Source: Octopus vulgaris
Lineage: Eukaryota
Direction of reading: 5' to 3'
Assembly: GCA_951406725.2 (NCBI GenBank)
Contig: OX597829.1
Span: forward strand, 25,606,001-25,670,000
Length of the DNA: 64,000 nucleotides
This document shows positions 12,626-26,260 of this stretch, one piece after another. The number at the start of each line of letters is the position of its first letter. The first letter of the stretch is position 1. The position numbers were made by a program, and so were the translations under genes. The notes beneath the pieces were generated by a model. That model saw only the letters and a list, made by a program, of their open reading frames with translations, was not told the DNA's origin and did no database searches.

Positions 12626-12764
12626 ACATGCATTATTCCATTAATATTATTCTAACAACGACACCCACCCCACATCCAAATTGAAATATGGAGGCCCCTT
12701 CCTACATATTTCTGGACTTGTAACAATGGAAGAAACCTATGTTCATATATTTTCTTTAAATTAA

Positions 12765-12982
12765 CCCTTTAGCATTCAGATTATTCAAAAGCAATGCTTA
12801 TTTATTCACAATGTTTTGTTTTAATCATGCATTATCTCAAAGCTTCAAGAATTCAACGATGTGATTCTACATTTTTAGAATGATATTGTTGAGTAGGTGT
12901 AAGAGGCCAGATATAGCTGGTTTGAACAAAAAAACATGTAGAATATTTGGGCTGGATATGGCTGGTTTAAATGCTAAAAGGG
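12765..12982. mobile_element. piggyBac-like MITE, family P2
   Basis: TTAA|CCCTTTAGCATT ... AATGCTAAAAGGG|TTAA. Confidence 0.85.
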
Positions 12983-13877
12983 TTAATCTGGTTTAGGTAT
13001 AATTACAAGAGCGAATGAAACCTTAATTTGCTAGAAATAAGTCAAATCTCCTTTAGACCACATCCTATCATCTTAAAATTGAATAAAGTTGTGCCTGATA
13101 TATAATGGTAAGGTAGTCATAGTTGGAATGTCTGATCATAGGCTGCCTTGTCAAACCTGGCTTGATGCTAAACAATGAATTGATGCTACAAAAATACATT
13201 TAAAAAGAGTAAATGTTCATCCTCATGTCTACATATGCATGCTGGCATGGGTTTGACGAGCCTGTCCAAGCTAGTCCTTTTGCCCTCCAGGAACTTCCTA
13301 CCAGACTAAATTAAGTGTCGAGGGTGTATGAAATAGAAGCAAGTTAAGAAAAGATCAAGAATTTGATCAAAAGCCACAACACAATATAGCAACCAACATT
13401 ATGTTGAACTATGGAAAAAAAAACTGATGTGGATAATTTAATAACTTGTATCCACTTTAAGTAAGTATGGCAACTGAAGGAGATATAAGACCTAGCTTCA
13501 TTTATACAGTATAATAACACAACCCAAAGTCACTTAAGTCACTGTTCCCTCAAGTTACCATGGGCTGAACAAATTAGCAGTACTGTAGGTCATGACTGTG
13601 ATCAAAGCTGTTTCATGTCATCTTTGAGGCTCAACATTCCAAAATTTAACCTTACTGCTCCCTCCCACGTCAACCTGGATTTGGGTTTGCTGTGGATAAC
13701 TGCCACTGCCTTTATAAAACATTTTTCTTAATCAAGAAGTATTTGTATTTCATGTTTATAGCTGAACAAATATCCCACCAATAGACATAAATTGAAAGCA
13801 AGAAATTTTAGCTAAATGTTCCTCAAATCATTCTTTATCATTTTAAAGGATACACTTGATATTGGAAGTGTGGACAT

Positions 13878-14093
13878 TCTCTAGCATTCAATCTGGCCAT
13901 ATTTGGCCTAAATATTCTACCCATTTTATGTTGAAACTGGCCTGCTCTACCCCTCATACCTACCCTACAATGTCATTCTAAATATAAATGATGATCATCA
14001 TCATTGAAATCTTGAAGGTAAGATAATGCATGATTGAATAAATGTGGAATAAATGAGTATAAAATTTGACAGAGAAATCTGAATACTAAAGGG
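13878..14093. mobile_element. piggyBac-like MITE, family P2 (opposite orientation to 12765)
   Basis: Reverse-complement similarity to 12765-12982; right end AATACTAAAGGG|TTAA. Confidence 0.7.
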
Positions 14094-14214
14094 TTAAAAA
14101 AAATTGGAATGCCTAAAATTACATTTGCTTGACCGAGACAGACTTAAGGTTGATGAACAGTAATTGAATATCAAAATACAGTTGTTGTGCGAATGCTTCA
14201 ACATAACAGACCCA

Positions 14215-14459
14215 TTATCATTGTTTTAATGTCCACTTTTCCATGTTTGCATGGCTCAGAGAGTTTATTGAAGCACAATGTGCACAGCCAGATAATCTTC
14301 TTGTCACCTGCCTAAATCTGTTTCCCCTCTAAGATAATATCTCCTTATAGCCAGATCCTTTTGTAGATTAGAAATGAATGACACTGCTAGTATGACTGTG
14401 ATACTCATTCACAATTATCACACGATGTCAGGACAAAGATCACACACACACACATACAT

Positions 14460-14507
<48 letters not shown>

Positions 14508-14620
14508 GATGGATTTCTTTCAATGTCCATCTACCAAATACACTCAAAAAGCTTTGGTTGGACAAAGTTTATAATCAAATAATTGCCCAAGGTGTCACAC
14601 AGGACTGAGGTAGGGAATCA
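14215..14620 (-). mobile_element. SINE family C with expanded internal microsatellite
   Basis: TTTAATGTCCACTTTTCCATG tail and CTACCAAAT.CACTCA / TTGCCCAAGGTG head motifs. Confidence 0.65.
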
Positions 14621-15706
14621 AACTTGATTGCCACAGTCACTTTTGCATTTAAAACTAAACCCATTCTAATTTATAACTTAGGAAAAAGTATCTTTTTTGC
14701 TAAAATTTAATGAATTTTAAAAATGGGTCCACTTCTATTTGTGTTACAAGTTGCTAGTTTAAGTTCCATATTTGTAATCTGAAGCTTTAAATAAAATTGA
14801 TACACAGTTTGATACCTTGGGTTAATCAAACACTCTAGGTAGAATTTGGTAGGCAGAATCTATGCAGAAATGTTTGTGTGTGTGTGCATACATGCATCTG
14901 AAATATGTAAATGTGTATGTTTGTGTTAATCTACTATTTGTGTTGTATTCCTTTACATCTAATAACTTGATACATAAGATAGATAAAATAAGACAGAAAT
15001 AAAGGACTGGAATTAATATAATCAACTAAACCCTTGACAGCAGTGCTCTAGTATGGCAACAATCCTATGGCTGGAACAAGCAAAGATAAAAATAAGTGCC
15101 CCTCCCCTTCAACCCCACAATTCTTAAGCATTTTCATGCTGGAGGAGCTTTTTTTGCAAATTTAGACCTTCATATATATTTAGCAAAGCAACTTACCCAA
15201 CCCTCCACTGTAAATTATTACTGGACCTGATTGACAGAGTAGTGGAATTTATGTGCCTTGTCCCTAAGGTACAACAAAATGACTATAGCAATGTCAAAGT
15301 AGAAATTAAAAATAAAATTCCCTGAAGCTTCTCAAAAACCAATATTCTCACCAGGAAATTCCTGATTCTAATTTTATTACTTCTAAAATTTTTCAATGGT
15401 CTTCGTCAAGAGTTACTATTTTTAGGGTTTACCATAATAGAAAGTGTTTCCCTCAGAGAATGCTTCCCTTATAACCCCTTTGACAGCAACCCATCTGAGA
15501 TTATCCTAATCCAAAACGTTTCATTTTAACATCTTTATATTCAATCCTCTTATAACTAAATTTCTAAACAAACTTCCAATATGCATTAATTTTTTTTAAA
15601 GTAACTCAAATTTGGAAGAACTTAGCACAATGACACACTTTTTCAATAAGTCAGTATTTGGAACATGAAGACAAACATAAAATCATGATGGGCAGTTTTA
15701 ATTTAA

Positions 15707-15947
15707 CCCTTTAAATCCACAAGCTGGTCAATATTCTTCCTATTTTATGTTCAAACTGGACAAATCAGGCCTCTCACACCTACCCTATAATGCCATTCTA
15801 AAAACAATTGCATCATTAAAATCTCAAAGCTAAGAGATAATGTATGATTAATTCAAAACAATGTGAATAAAACATTACATTTGATAGAGTAATCATGATG
15901 ATGATGATTACTCTATCAAATGTAATGCTTCTTTATATGCTAAAAGA
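15707..15947. mobile_element. piggyBac-like MITE, family P2, with internal perfect hairpin
   Basis: TTAA at both ends; similar to 20401-20572; 24-bp perfect inverted repeat at 15873-15896 / 15904-15927. Confidence 0.75.
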
Positions 15948-16192
15948 TTAAACATTAAAAAATTTTTAAGACAGTTAATTAGGTTATGGTGATTTGGTGT
16001 CAAAAAGATTAAAACTGAATAATTATTTCATATATCCAAGATTCTTATGAAATTATAAGAGTTCAGTATTAATCCTTTTGATAAAATTGGAAATGCATTG
16101 TGACTGGTGGTGTGTAACTGACCCAGTTGATACTGTGATAACTTCATTTAAGAATATTATTAAAAATTACATTAAAAACTTCTTCAGCATAA

Positions 16193-16413
16193 CCCTTTCG
16201 TTACTGTATTTATTTTGAGATGCTCTGTGTTTCTTTCAATTACTTTAAATATAACAAAGAATTTAGTAAAATAACTTAGCTATCATTCTGCTAGTGTTAG
16301 GAATATAAATTGTGACTAAGGTTTGGGGGAAGATTTTAATCCAAAACTTATGAAAACAAGACATTTGTACTACAGAGCCAGAGCTGGTTTCAGCCAGGTT
16401 GCTAACGAAAGCG
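16193..16413. mobile_element. piggyBac-like MITE, family P1
   Basis: Highly similar to 234-451; CCCTTTCGTTAC ... CTAACGAAAGCG|TTAA. Confidence 0.85.
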
Positions 16414-16609
16414 TTAAATGGCAGCTTACCAGAAATCATAATTTTCAAGTTGAATTGAAAGCTAGTCAGAGAAGTATCCATCATTGGAATAGTGTTACAT
16501 TATTTAGAACAAATTGTTGGTGTAAGCATTGATTAAGCCTTTTGTTATATTTCAGTTAAAATACAAAGCCATTGTTTCAATTAACTTTAAAAAATAATTA
16601 AGTATTTAA

Positions 16610-16824
16610 CCCTTTCGTTACCAACCCGGCTGAAACTGGCTCTGAGTACACATGTCTTGTTTTCATAAGTTTTGAATTAAAATCTTCCACCAAACCTTAG
16701 TCACAATTTATGTTTCTAATTCTCGCTGAATGATAACTCAGTCATTTTACTAAATATTTTGTTATATTAAAAAGTAATTGAAAGAAACACAGAACATCTC
16801 AAAATAAATACAGTAATGAAAGGG
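16610..16824. mobile_element. piggyBac-like MITE, family P1 (inverted; nested in an older relative at about 16533-16965)
   Basis: TTAA|CCCTTTCGTTAC ... GTAATGAAAGGG|TTAG; reverse complement of 16193-16413. Confidence 0.85.
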
Positions 16825-17258
16825 TTAGTAAAATAGCTCTTTATTTAAATTTGGAGCATTAACATGAAATTCTGATGGAAGATTTTAATTTAGGTCACTT
16901 TAAAATAAAAACATGCTTCATAGCTCTGGCTCTATGATACAAACAGGTTGGTATTAGAAGAGTTAATGATGGTGTGTGTACTGAGCCAACAACCTTGTTG
17001 CAATCCCAATTTCACCTAGACTTCCTTCCTGCAAATTCCTCCAGCCAAAAGTGGGATGTTCCCACAGGTCTGTGACATTCCAATTACATATAAGCAAACA
17101 ACAGAATTTACTCTTCCTAATACAGAGAACCACTACAAGAATATAATCAGGCAGTGTCTGCCTTGAATGTTAATACATTTAAAAAAAAAAAATTTCAACA
17201 TTCCACAGTTGAAATATGGTTAGAATGGTTCTCACAGAAGCAACAAGTTTCTGACATA

Positions 17259-17730
17259 CCGTAAGTCCTCGAGTATAGTCTGCCCTTGAGTATAATAAGC
17301 AGGGGATTTTTAGGGGACTGTACCTCTGAAAATTCTAAACCTTGTGTATAATACATACCCCTTCTCTAACTTGAGTCAGGGAGGCCTCTATAACGTCCTT
17401 AGTTTGTAAAAATGTATATGGTAATGTCTTTTATTATTATTGTATATATAACATAATGCAAATGTGTAGCTTTTTTGTGCATTTTGTTTGCAGAAAATAA
17501 AGAAATAACAGTAATAATGTTTAATAAATACTGCAAGTTATGGATGATTTAAGGTATTTTCGTGCCTGACATAACAAAATGCATCTGAATAAACATTGCC
17601 AGACAGCAAATAGAAACTCGACATTGCTTAGGAAATATTTTTCATTTTTAACCTCATATATAGTACACACAAGGGATTTTGACCCTTAAATTTTGGTGAA
17701 AAAATGCGGATTATACTTGAGGATTTACGG
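17259..17730. mobile_element. pogo-type MITE
   Basis: TA|CCGTAAGTCCTCGAGTATAGTCTGC ... GCGGATTATACTTGAGGATTTACGG|TA. Confidence 0.85.
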
Positions 17731-19185
17731 TAGGCACAATGCCAGCAATTTCGAGTGTGAATAGTTAGTGAATACCATTAATACCAGCGCTTGACTGGTA
17801 CTTCATTTTACTGACCTCAGAAAAATTAAGCGGGAAGCTGATCATAGTAGGATCATAGTAGGATACTGCAAAGCATCTTTTCCGATGCTCTAACAATGCT
17901 GAGAGATCGCAGTCAGAATAAGATATAGATTCAAGAGGAACACAGTCTAATCAAGGGAATGGAAACCTGTTTTGGTACTACAGTAAAGTACATCCAGTAC
18001 ACTTTGTAGTAGTTGGTGATAGAGTAAGACACAAAACCATAAAATTGTAGCCAAAAATGAAATTTATAAAAAAAAAAATGTGGCCCTTAAACCTGCTATC
18101 ATATTGTAACGTCATCAAGTCATAGCATAGAAAATGAGCATTATATATCTAAATTGTGCAATGGCTAAAGACTCCAATCTCAAAACCAAATAAAGCAATA
18201 TATACCTAATTTATATAACCTTCATATGTATATGTTTTAAACTGATTTCAGATTCTCACTTTTAACCCCTATTAATTTTGCATATGATGGTTAGAGTTAT
18301 AATAGACTCTTCTAAATGTAATAGCAAATAATAGACTCCTCTAAATGTAACTGCAAATAAACAAAGGCTTGGCTTCCCAAAATATTCACTGCTAACGTAA
18401 GAGAAGTTGCTATTTTGTAAATAATTGCTCCCTACTTAAAAAAAAATGTAAGTGTATGAAGTAGGCTGAATTATTTAGGATGGGCCTTGGTAAGGTTTTA
18501 TTTTATTTTATTTTATACTAAAATGTAATGCTTAGGTAATTAGTATAATATATAACATTTCTTTTTCCTTCAAATTCAAAAGTTGTTACAAATTCCTTAA
18601 TTTCACTTGCATATTAATACCTTGTTGAAAGGATAAACTATTAATACATTTTAACATCACTTCAATAAAATAAAAGTACCTGCTGTATTAAATAATGTCC
18701 ACTTCTAATATACAAGGCCACACATTCTGAGAGAAAGTTTTTGCTGAATCGATCTCAGTACATAACTGATATATTTTATTGATCTCTCCAGGAAGATAGA
18801 AAATAAATTTGATCTTAGGAAGAATTTGCACTCAGAACAAAGGACAAAAAAATAGATACCTAAACATTTTGTCTGATCCTCTAAATAAACCTGTCAAAAC
18901 ATTAGATGACTAAATATAATTTATTCGTCTATTGGTTTACTACTTTTAGTTAACAGCTGATAGAAAATGACAGTGTAATGCATTGGGTTACTAACAATAT
19001 GATTGTGTATTCATATACAATTGCATCATGCTACTGGATCAAGACAGCTTTAAAGCAAGTCTAACAGTTGCATAGTTACCCAATGTTTTATGAAAATGAA
19101 AATATTTAAACCAAATAAAATGAAAGCCTCAAATTCAAGAAACAAACCATTAGCTTTCTTGTAATAAAAAATAGGTTTTACTGAC

Positions 19186-19330
19186 CAATGCATCTGTCTT
19201 CAAGGTTACACTGTGTAAGAAAGCTTCTATTACTTTTTAACTTCACACTCTCATTTTATATCACTATCAAAGCATCATTTAGGTGTATTAACACGGCATA
19301 GAAAATGTCCAAATTTACACCCATACCACA
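19186..19330 (-). other. Candidate non-coding (5' UTR) exon of a minus-strand gene
   Basis: Minus-strand acceptor TTTTCCTTTCTTTTTATTTCTAG| at 19331 and donor TG|GTCAGT at 19185; stops in all three frames; unique sequence. Confidence 0.3.
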
Positions 19331-19459
19331 CTAGAAATAAAAAAGAAAGGAAAATTCAGTGTCGACTGAATAGCAAAGATGAAGGATGAATATGAAAGAA
19401 ATATTGTTTAAAATATTGGTCTCAGAAAATACAAACTAAAGTATGGGGAACATAAAATC

Positions 19460-19880
19460 ATCATCACCTCAACATTCACACCAGCATTCCATGCTGGTGT
19501 GGGTAGATGTAATTTCTGCACACAAATTTTTTTTTTTTTTTTACTGTTAGATGCCTTTCCTACCACTGTGCCTCAGCTGTTTCCAAATAAGCTAATATTT
19601 TTCCATGACCAGACATGATTTCATGGAAAACTGGAAATGAAAGACACCACTTATATGATGGTGACATTCGTTTACAACTATCAAACAATGTCAAGGCAAG
19701 GAGACAGCAATATTCACACATACACACATGTGACAAGCTTCTTTCAGCTTCTGCTTATCAAATCCACTCATAATGCTTTAGTTAGCCTAGGGCTATAGCA
19801 GAAGATCCTTGCCCAAGGTGCCATGCAGAGGGACTGAACCTGGAATCATGTGATTGAGATGAAAACTTAACACACAACAA
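19460..19880 (-). mobile_element. SINE family C, full length, CpG-decayed
   Basis: Head and tail motifs present; consensus CCACGC and ACCCGG appear as CCATGC and ACCTGG. Confidence 0.75.
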
Positions 19881-20400
19881 AAGAATTTGGCAAAGGAATT
19901 ATTTAGTTTAAAATATTTTATTCTTAAATGTTATAGGATTCAAAGTTTTTGCTAATCAAGATTATCAAACATCTTTTTCTTGTATCTAAACATCAGTTCT
20001 ATGAAGGAGGAATATTTCTAATAAATTTTTCACCATGGATATAATTCAAACATCATGTAAGGCTCTTTATTTTAAATGTGGCTATAGGAAGGGAAAAAGA
20101 AGCTGTATACTAAGGTCTCTGAATTTACTTTAAAACTCAAGACATGCCTATATATCACACACACACAATATTCTATTTGTTTCCTTACAACATGACCAGA
20201 TGTTTCAGCATTTTCTACAGAGAGGAACCTCAAAGAACCACCATTCATACTCCAGCCATATTGTGGAGAGTGATCCTGCCAGCATCTCAGTTTGGGGTCC
20301 ATTCACTACATCATCATTCTCTCTTCAAGATGACTGATATCCGTGAGCTCCACCGAATTCTCTTCTGATCTGATTTACTGACTGATGCCGACTCCCTTAG

Positions 20401-20572
20401 CCTTTCAACACTTAAACTGGCCTTATCCAGCCTCTCAAGCCTATCCTACAATGTTAATCTAAAAATAATTGCATCACTGAAATCTCAAAACTATGAGATA
20501 ATTCATGATTAATTCAAAATATTGTGAATAGATAAGCATTACTTTTGACTGAGTAATCTGAATGCTAAAGGA
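20401..20572. mobile_element. piggyBac-like MITE, family P2
   Basis: Similar to 12765-12982 and 15707-15947; AATGCTAAAGGA|TTAA end. Confidence 0.7.
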
Positions 20573-20989
20573 TTAATTTTTGGAAGCATGCACAGGTGAC
20601 CTCAGAGTTGTTCTAGTCTGGCTGCCTTGAGCCCAGGCTGTTTCCCTGGTTCCAAGGAACATGTTTTTGAAACTCAGTAGGCTGGATACTGACCCAAATT
20701 TTCAGAGTATTAGCAAATTACTGACTGACCTTACATTGGGTTCATTAGACTTTTGATAAGTATTGTAATAGTCCAGCTGAGATTTTAGCAATACTACACA
20801 CCAGGTAGGCCTGATAGAAAAGCTTGTCTAGTCAAATACATCAACTAAGATACAAGTAGCAATTCCCTTTTGATACCAAGCTGTCTGAGACTTCTTTTGG
20901 TTCTCTGATACAAACTTCCTATCTTAAAGTGATCTAAATGAAAAAAACCTATCAAATTTTTATGTTAATGTTCCAAATACTATTTTAAT

Positions 20990-21327
20990 TCTTTTACTTG
21001 TTTCAGTCATGCTGCAGCACCGACTTTAGTTGAGCAAACTGACCCCAGGACTTAATCTTTGTAAGTCTAGTACTTATTCAACCGGTCTCTTTTGCTGTAC
21101 CGCTAAGTTACGGGGATGTAAACGCACCAACATCAGTTGTCAAGCGATGTTGGGGAGACAAACACAGACACACACACATATATACAATGGGCTTCTTTCA
21201 ATTTCTCTCTACCAAATCCACTCACAAGGCTTTGGTCAATCCGAGGCTTTAGTAAAAGATACCTGTCCAAGGTACCACACAGTGGGACTAAACCCAGAAC
21301 CATGTAGTTGATAAACAAGCTACTTGC
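20990..21327 (-). mobile_element. tRNA/CORE SINE, family B (inserted in an old TTAA MITE at about 20861-21391)
   Basis: Matches 59165-59572 along its length. Confidence 0.85.
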
Positions 21328-22076
21328 ATTATTTGAAAGAATAAAAGAAAGTCAGTGTATTTCAAAAGAAATATGGTAGTGAAATGATTAAATGGCAAAT
21401 TTTTAACCTGACTTGGTGGAATTTTTTGTGCTAAGTGGAAATATGGTTATTTTGTGTGGATGTCACAAAGGTCACCACCCTTCATTTTCTTATGATTGAA
21501 AGGGTATTAACCCTGAAATATTAAAATATTAGACAAAGTGCAAACTGTAGTCTTTAGTTGATATAAATTTGCATTGTTATTTTGAACAATTTCAATCTTA
21601 ATGTCACATGTGTGTATATACATATACAAATACATAAGCATACACAGATGCATATATACATGAATGCACTTGCTGTAGTACACACTGATACAGATACACA
21701 TATATACATACAATTACACACACACATAAATCCAGTTACATTGTTTAATAATCTACTTTTCCACACTTACTTGAGTATATGGTCTTCCTGTTACTTACCA
21801 ACTCTAAATTGTTTTCAACCAAGCTAATACAACTTTTTGATTGGACATTTTTTATATTTTTGGAGAAGGCTAGAAATGAGGGACATTGCACCATGATGGT
21901 GAAACTCATTTTCAACTACTGTGTGATGTTAAGACAAGTAGACAAGCACACAAGGGCCCTCTTTTGCTTTTCATCCAAATTCATTCAATCTTTTCTTGAC
22001 CTGAGGCTATAGAAGACACTTGGCCAAGTGCTGAAGTTGAAACCATGTGGTTGGTAGGCTTATGCTATATGCACAC

Positions 22077-22121
<45 letters not shown>

Positions 22122-22596
22122 TTCTTATACATTTTTTATGTGAATGCACATCTGGAATATGTTGCACCAGGGTTGGAAACAAAAGGCTTGTTCAAACTGA
22201 TAACCTCCAGTTCTCTTATGTAGTCAAGTCTGGGCTGTTGTAGTTTGACAGACAAGGGAATTATTTCTTAGAAATACATGAAGGGTGGCTTCAGGAAGAG
22301 TATCCAGTTGTAGAAACTGTTCTCCAATGTAGTCTTGTTCAACCTGTATAGGCACGTTAAGTGGATGCAAAAACGATGATATATACATATGTACTTCATT
22401 ATTCAACACCAATTTTCCATGCTAGCATTGTTTGGACACTTTGAAAAGATGCAATGAGATGGAGCACCACACTCGAATGCCCTCTTTACTAATGTAAACA
22501 ATGTGTTTCTTTTTTTGTGTGACATCAGCACCAGTGAGGTCACTTTGAAAATTGGAAGGCTAAGTACATCAAGCGCTCCAAAAAACTAAACTGGAA

Positions 22597-22650
<54 letters not shown>

Positions 22651-22727
22651 GGATAAAAAATTAGAGAAAAAGATCTATAGTTGTGAGTGGGTGGTAGTGG
22701 ATAGTGACAGGCTAGACGCTATTGAGA

Positions 22728-22953
22728 AGGAGTGGCAGAAACGTTAGCACTCCGGGCGAAATGCTTAGTGGTATTTCGTCTGCGTTACATTGTGAGTTCA
22801 AATTCCGCCGAGGTCGACTTTGCCTTTCATCCTTTCGGGGTCGATAAATTAAGTACCAGTTACGTACTGGGGTCGATGTAATCGACTTAATACCTATGTC
22901 TGTCCTTGTGTGTCCCCTCTGTGTTTAGCCCCTTGTGGGTAATAAAGAAATAG
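22728..22953 (+). mobile_element. SINE family A
   Basis: TGGCAGAAACGTTAGCAC...GAGTTCAAATTCCGCCGAGGTCGACTTTGCCTTTCATCCTTTCGGGGTCGATAAATTAAGTACCAG. Confidence 0.9.
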
Positions 22954-25291
22954 GTATGGTACTGAACGAGCAAAGGGGTTGTCAGGAGTCAATGAGAAAG
23001 TAAGGGACGGAATGGAAAGTTAATATATACATACATGTATATGAACGCGCGCGCACACACACCTCTAGCTATACCTAACTGCGCAAATGTATATACATCT
23101 ATATACAACTAAGTGTCTATACCTATTTACATATATATCCACATTAATTCTGAGAACCAACGGAAACAATATGGGACAAATGACAAATCATGCTATCACT
23201 AAAATTTTTCTTGGCCTCTTAAAACATGGAATTTAGGGTGTCACGTTCAAATTATCTCCCTTAACTTGTAGCAAAAGTCGTTTTGAAATATTGAAGGTAC
23301 GAAAAAAACAAGCAAGCAAGCAAAAGAAAAAAAAACTATACACGAAAGTAATTTTATATCTGATAAATACATTACATTGATGACTAGTATAAAAAGAAAC
23401 CGAAATTAATGTATGAGAAAAATTCACGTTAGATCGAAATGAAGTAGTCTTAGGCACTTGACAGGGGAGGTTACCTAGCTTATCACTGCAATAACAAATT
23501 TGTGACTGACAGATTATTAGACATACGTCTACTAGGCTACATGGACTAAATTACATACACACCTGAAATCATTTAGATTTTCTTCAAGCACGAAGTTTCT
23601 CAACTCAAATGTCACTCAATATACACTTTTTATATTCTTTCCAAATTCTTGAACAAAATAAAAACACTATATTCCAAGAGGAAAAAGGCATTATATTTAA
23701 TGATTGAAGTATTTAAATCTAAATTTTCATATCACATAAGGAGTAAAATCAAAACTGCAAGCTTTAGAAGATAAGATGGGGAATGAAGTCAAGTGTTTGC
23801 CAGATCTGAAAGTGATTTATAATTTTAGGAAAAAGATAAAAAGGTCTGAACAAATGGATTTCTTTTCCTAAATTTGAAATAACAGGTACTCCTTTTAAGA
23901 CTAAGCATTTTGTATTTATCAATATAAACCAGTAATGAAAAAATATTTCACTGAAATTAAGGCAATGAATAATATTTCGAGTAATTTAACAAAAGCAGGT
24001 AGTCGCTTGATCTCCAAGAAACAACAGCCAACTATCCCTCTTGTCTGATTACATACGATGAATTAGGACTAAGTTCAGGTTAAACAAGCAAAGATTACTA
24101 CAGTTGGTAGAAGATAAACTCAATTCACAGAAGGTCACTTTAAAGACGGAAATCTAGTGCTGCACTCTCACTGAAGAAATATTCCTGTTGATATAGGATT
24201 GGGTTCACTACGATAAAAGTAACATAAAGGGACGCCCTTCAATAAAAAAACTAGTTTCACTTCTATTACGAGAGGTTCGATTTTACATGCAATGTTATTG
24301 ACCTCAGTTGAATCGACTGTACCCCCCCCAACCAAAGTAGTGAGTTTGCCAATTTAAAACTGATTAGAACAATTAATATTTTACCAAAATAGAAAGTGAA
24401 AAATTGAAAAAAAAGATAAATATCAAGATGGATACCATAAAACAAAATACCCATGTAAATTGACTGAATAAGTCATTCACACATGTTAAAGATGGAACAC
24501 AAGAAAATGATTCGGTAGAATAAACAATAATACATGATAGGCGGCTAACTGATATCCTTTTTATTGAATGACAACTATCAATACCGTAGTCTCTTAGACG
24601 AGCAAGAAAGCAGCTGTGCGCGAAATGTGTAGGTCTGTATCGAATGGTTGTAAATATGCTGATGGTTTATACACGAATGTGTGTATATCTGTGAGATTGG
24701 AGTATACTTAACGTTTTTACATGACAGATATTTGAGTAATTGACAACAGAGTAATCATTTAGAATAAAGAGGATAAAACACTAGTAATATATGAGAGTGT
24801 AGACACGCCACACGATAATGGAACTTGGGGCAAGATCCCTGTAAAAAAAGGAACACCCTGTAAGATCCTTATTAAAAGCTCATATACACACAGTAACTAA
24901 TCAGCATCTTTCACATCAGAGTAGATATGGAATTTACGACTGTATCAAGAACTGAGAGTAACACTTATTACCTATAATTACGCTGATAATCAAGGAATGT
25001 GTAAGACAATCAATCAGGAAATAAATATGTATATATATATATATATATATATACTAGTATATATTTATAGTATATCTTTAGTTCTAGGTAAATGTTTTAT
25101 CGTATTTTAATTTTTTTTTTCTCTATTTGAGTATTAATATATATATCTATATATATATATATCATCATTTAACGTCCGCTTTCCATGCTAGCATGGGTTG
25201 GACGGTTCAACTGGGGTCTGGGAAGCCAGAAGGCTGCACCAGGCCCAGTCTGATCTGGCAATGTTTCTACGGCTGGATGCCCTTCCTAACG

Positions 25292-25338
<47 letters not shown>

Positions 25339-25344
25339 TTATGT

Positions 25345-25715
25345 ATTATTCTTTTGCTTGTTTCAGTCATTTGACTGCAACCATGCTGGAGCACCACTTT
25401 TAGTCGAACAAATTGGACCCAGGATTTATTCTTTGTAAGTCTAATACGTGTTCTATCGTTCCCTTTTGCCGAACTGCTACGTTATAGGGACGCAAACACA
25501 CCAACGTCGGTTGTGAAGCGATGGTGGTGGGACAAACACCGACAGCACAAATATATACACACATATACATACGACAGGCTTCTTTCAGTTTCCGTCTACC
25601 AAACCCACTCACAAGGCTTTGGTGAGGCTTTGGTGGGCCCGAGGCTATAGTAGGAGATACTTGCCGAAGGTACCACGCAGTGGAACTGAACCTGGAAGCA
25701 AGCTTCTTACCACAC
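25345..25715 (-). mobile_element. SINE family B
   Basis: Same structure as 59165-59572; preceded by an RTE-like tail fragment at 25161-25293. Confidence 0.85.
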
Positions 25716-25734
25716 AGACACATACATATATATA

Positions 25735-25890
25735 CACACTTGTATATATATATATATATATATACACACACTTGTATATATATATACACACTTGTATATA
25801 TATATACACACTTGTATATATATATACACACTTGTATATATATATACACACTTGTATATATATATACACACTTGTATATATATATATATA
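25735..25890. repeat. 20-bp minisatellite (CACTTGTATATATATATACA)n
   Basis: About seven tandem units visible directly. Confidence 0.9.
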
Positions 25891-26226
25891 TATACACCAT
25901 ACATACACTACATATACTTGTATATTATAATACATATATATATACGCACGTACAATTTGTGTAGTGAGTTCTCTCTTCCATTTATCGAACCAAACGTCTT
26001 ACTCAGTAAACTGCGATGTTTTTGTGTATATCTAATCCTACGAAGAGTGCGTGTGCCTACACATCTATGTATGTATTATTTTTGCATATATTTATAGTAC
26101 AAAATATCTATGCCACCAATACATGCACGTCACATGTTTATGCACAGTATACACATGTATGCATATAGCGAATGAAGACATTTACAAGTAGAATGTCTAT
26201 ATACACAATATACATAACCACGTATA

Positions 26227-26260
<34 letters not shown>

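Noticed and set aside
18300-18360. Short tandem duplication of 29 bp (another of 24 bp at about 60122-60169)
   Set aside because: Ordinary local duplications with no further structure.
24591-24634. Hammerhead-like TAGACGA-GC...GC-GAAA-TGTG-TA
   Set aside because: Needs two core changes plus two CpG restorations and has a poor stem I; possibly an old relic but not supportable.
25735-25890. Regular repeat array that might suggest CRISPR
   Set aside because: Tandem units without unique spacers in eukaryotic DNA; a minisatellite.
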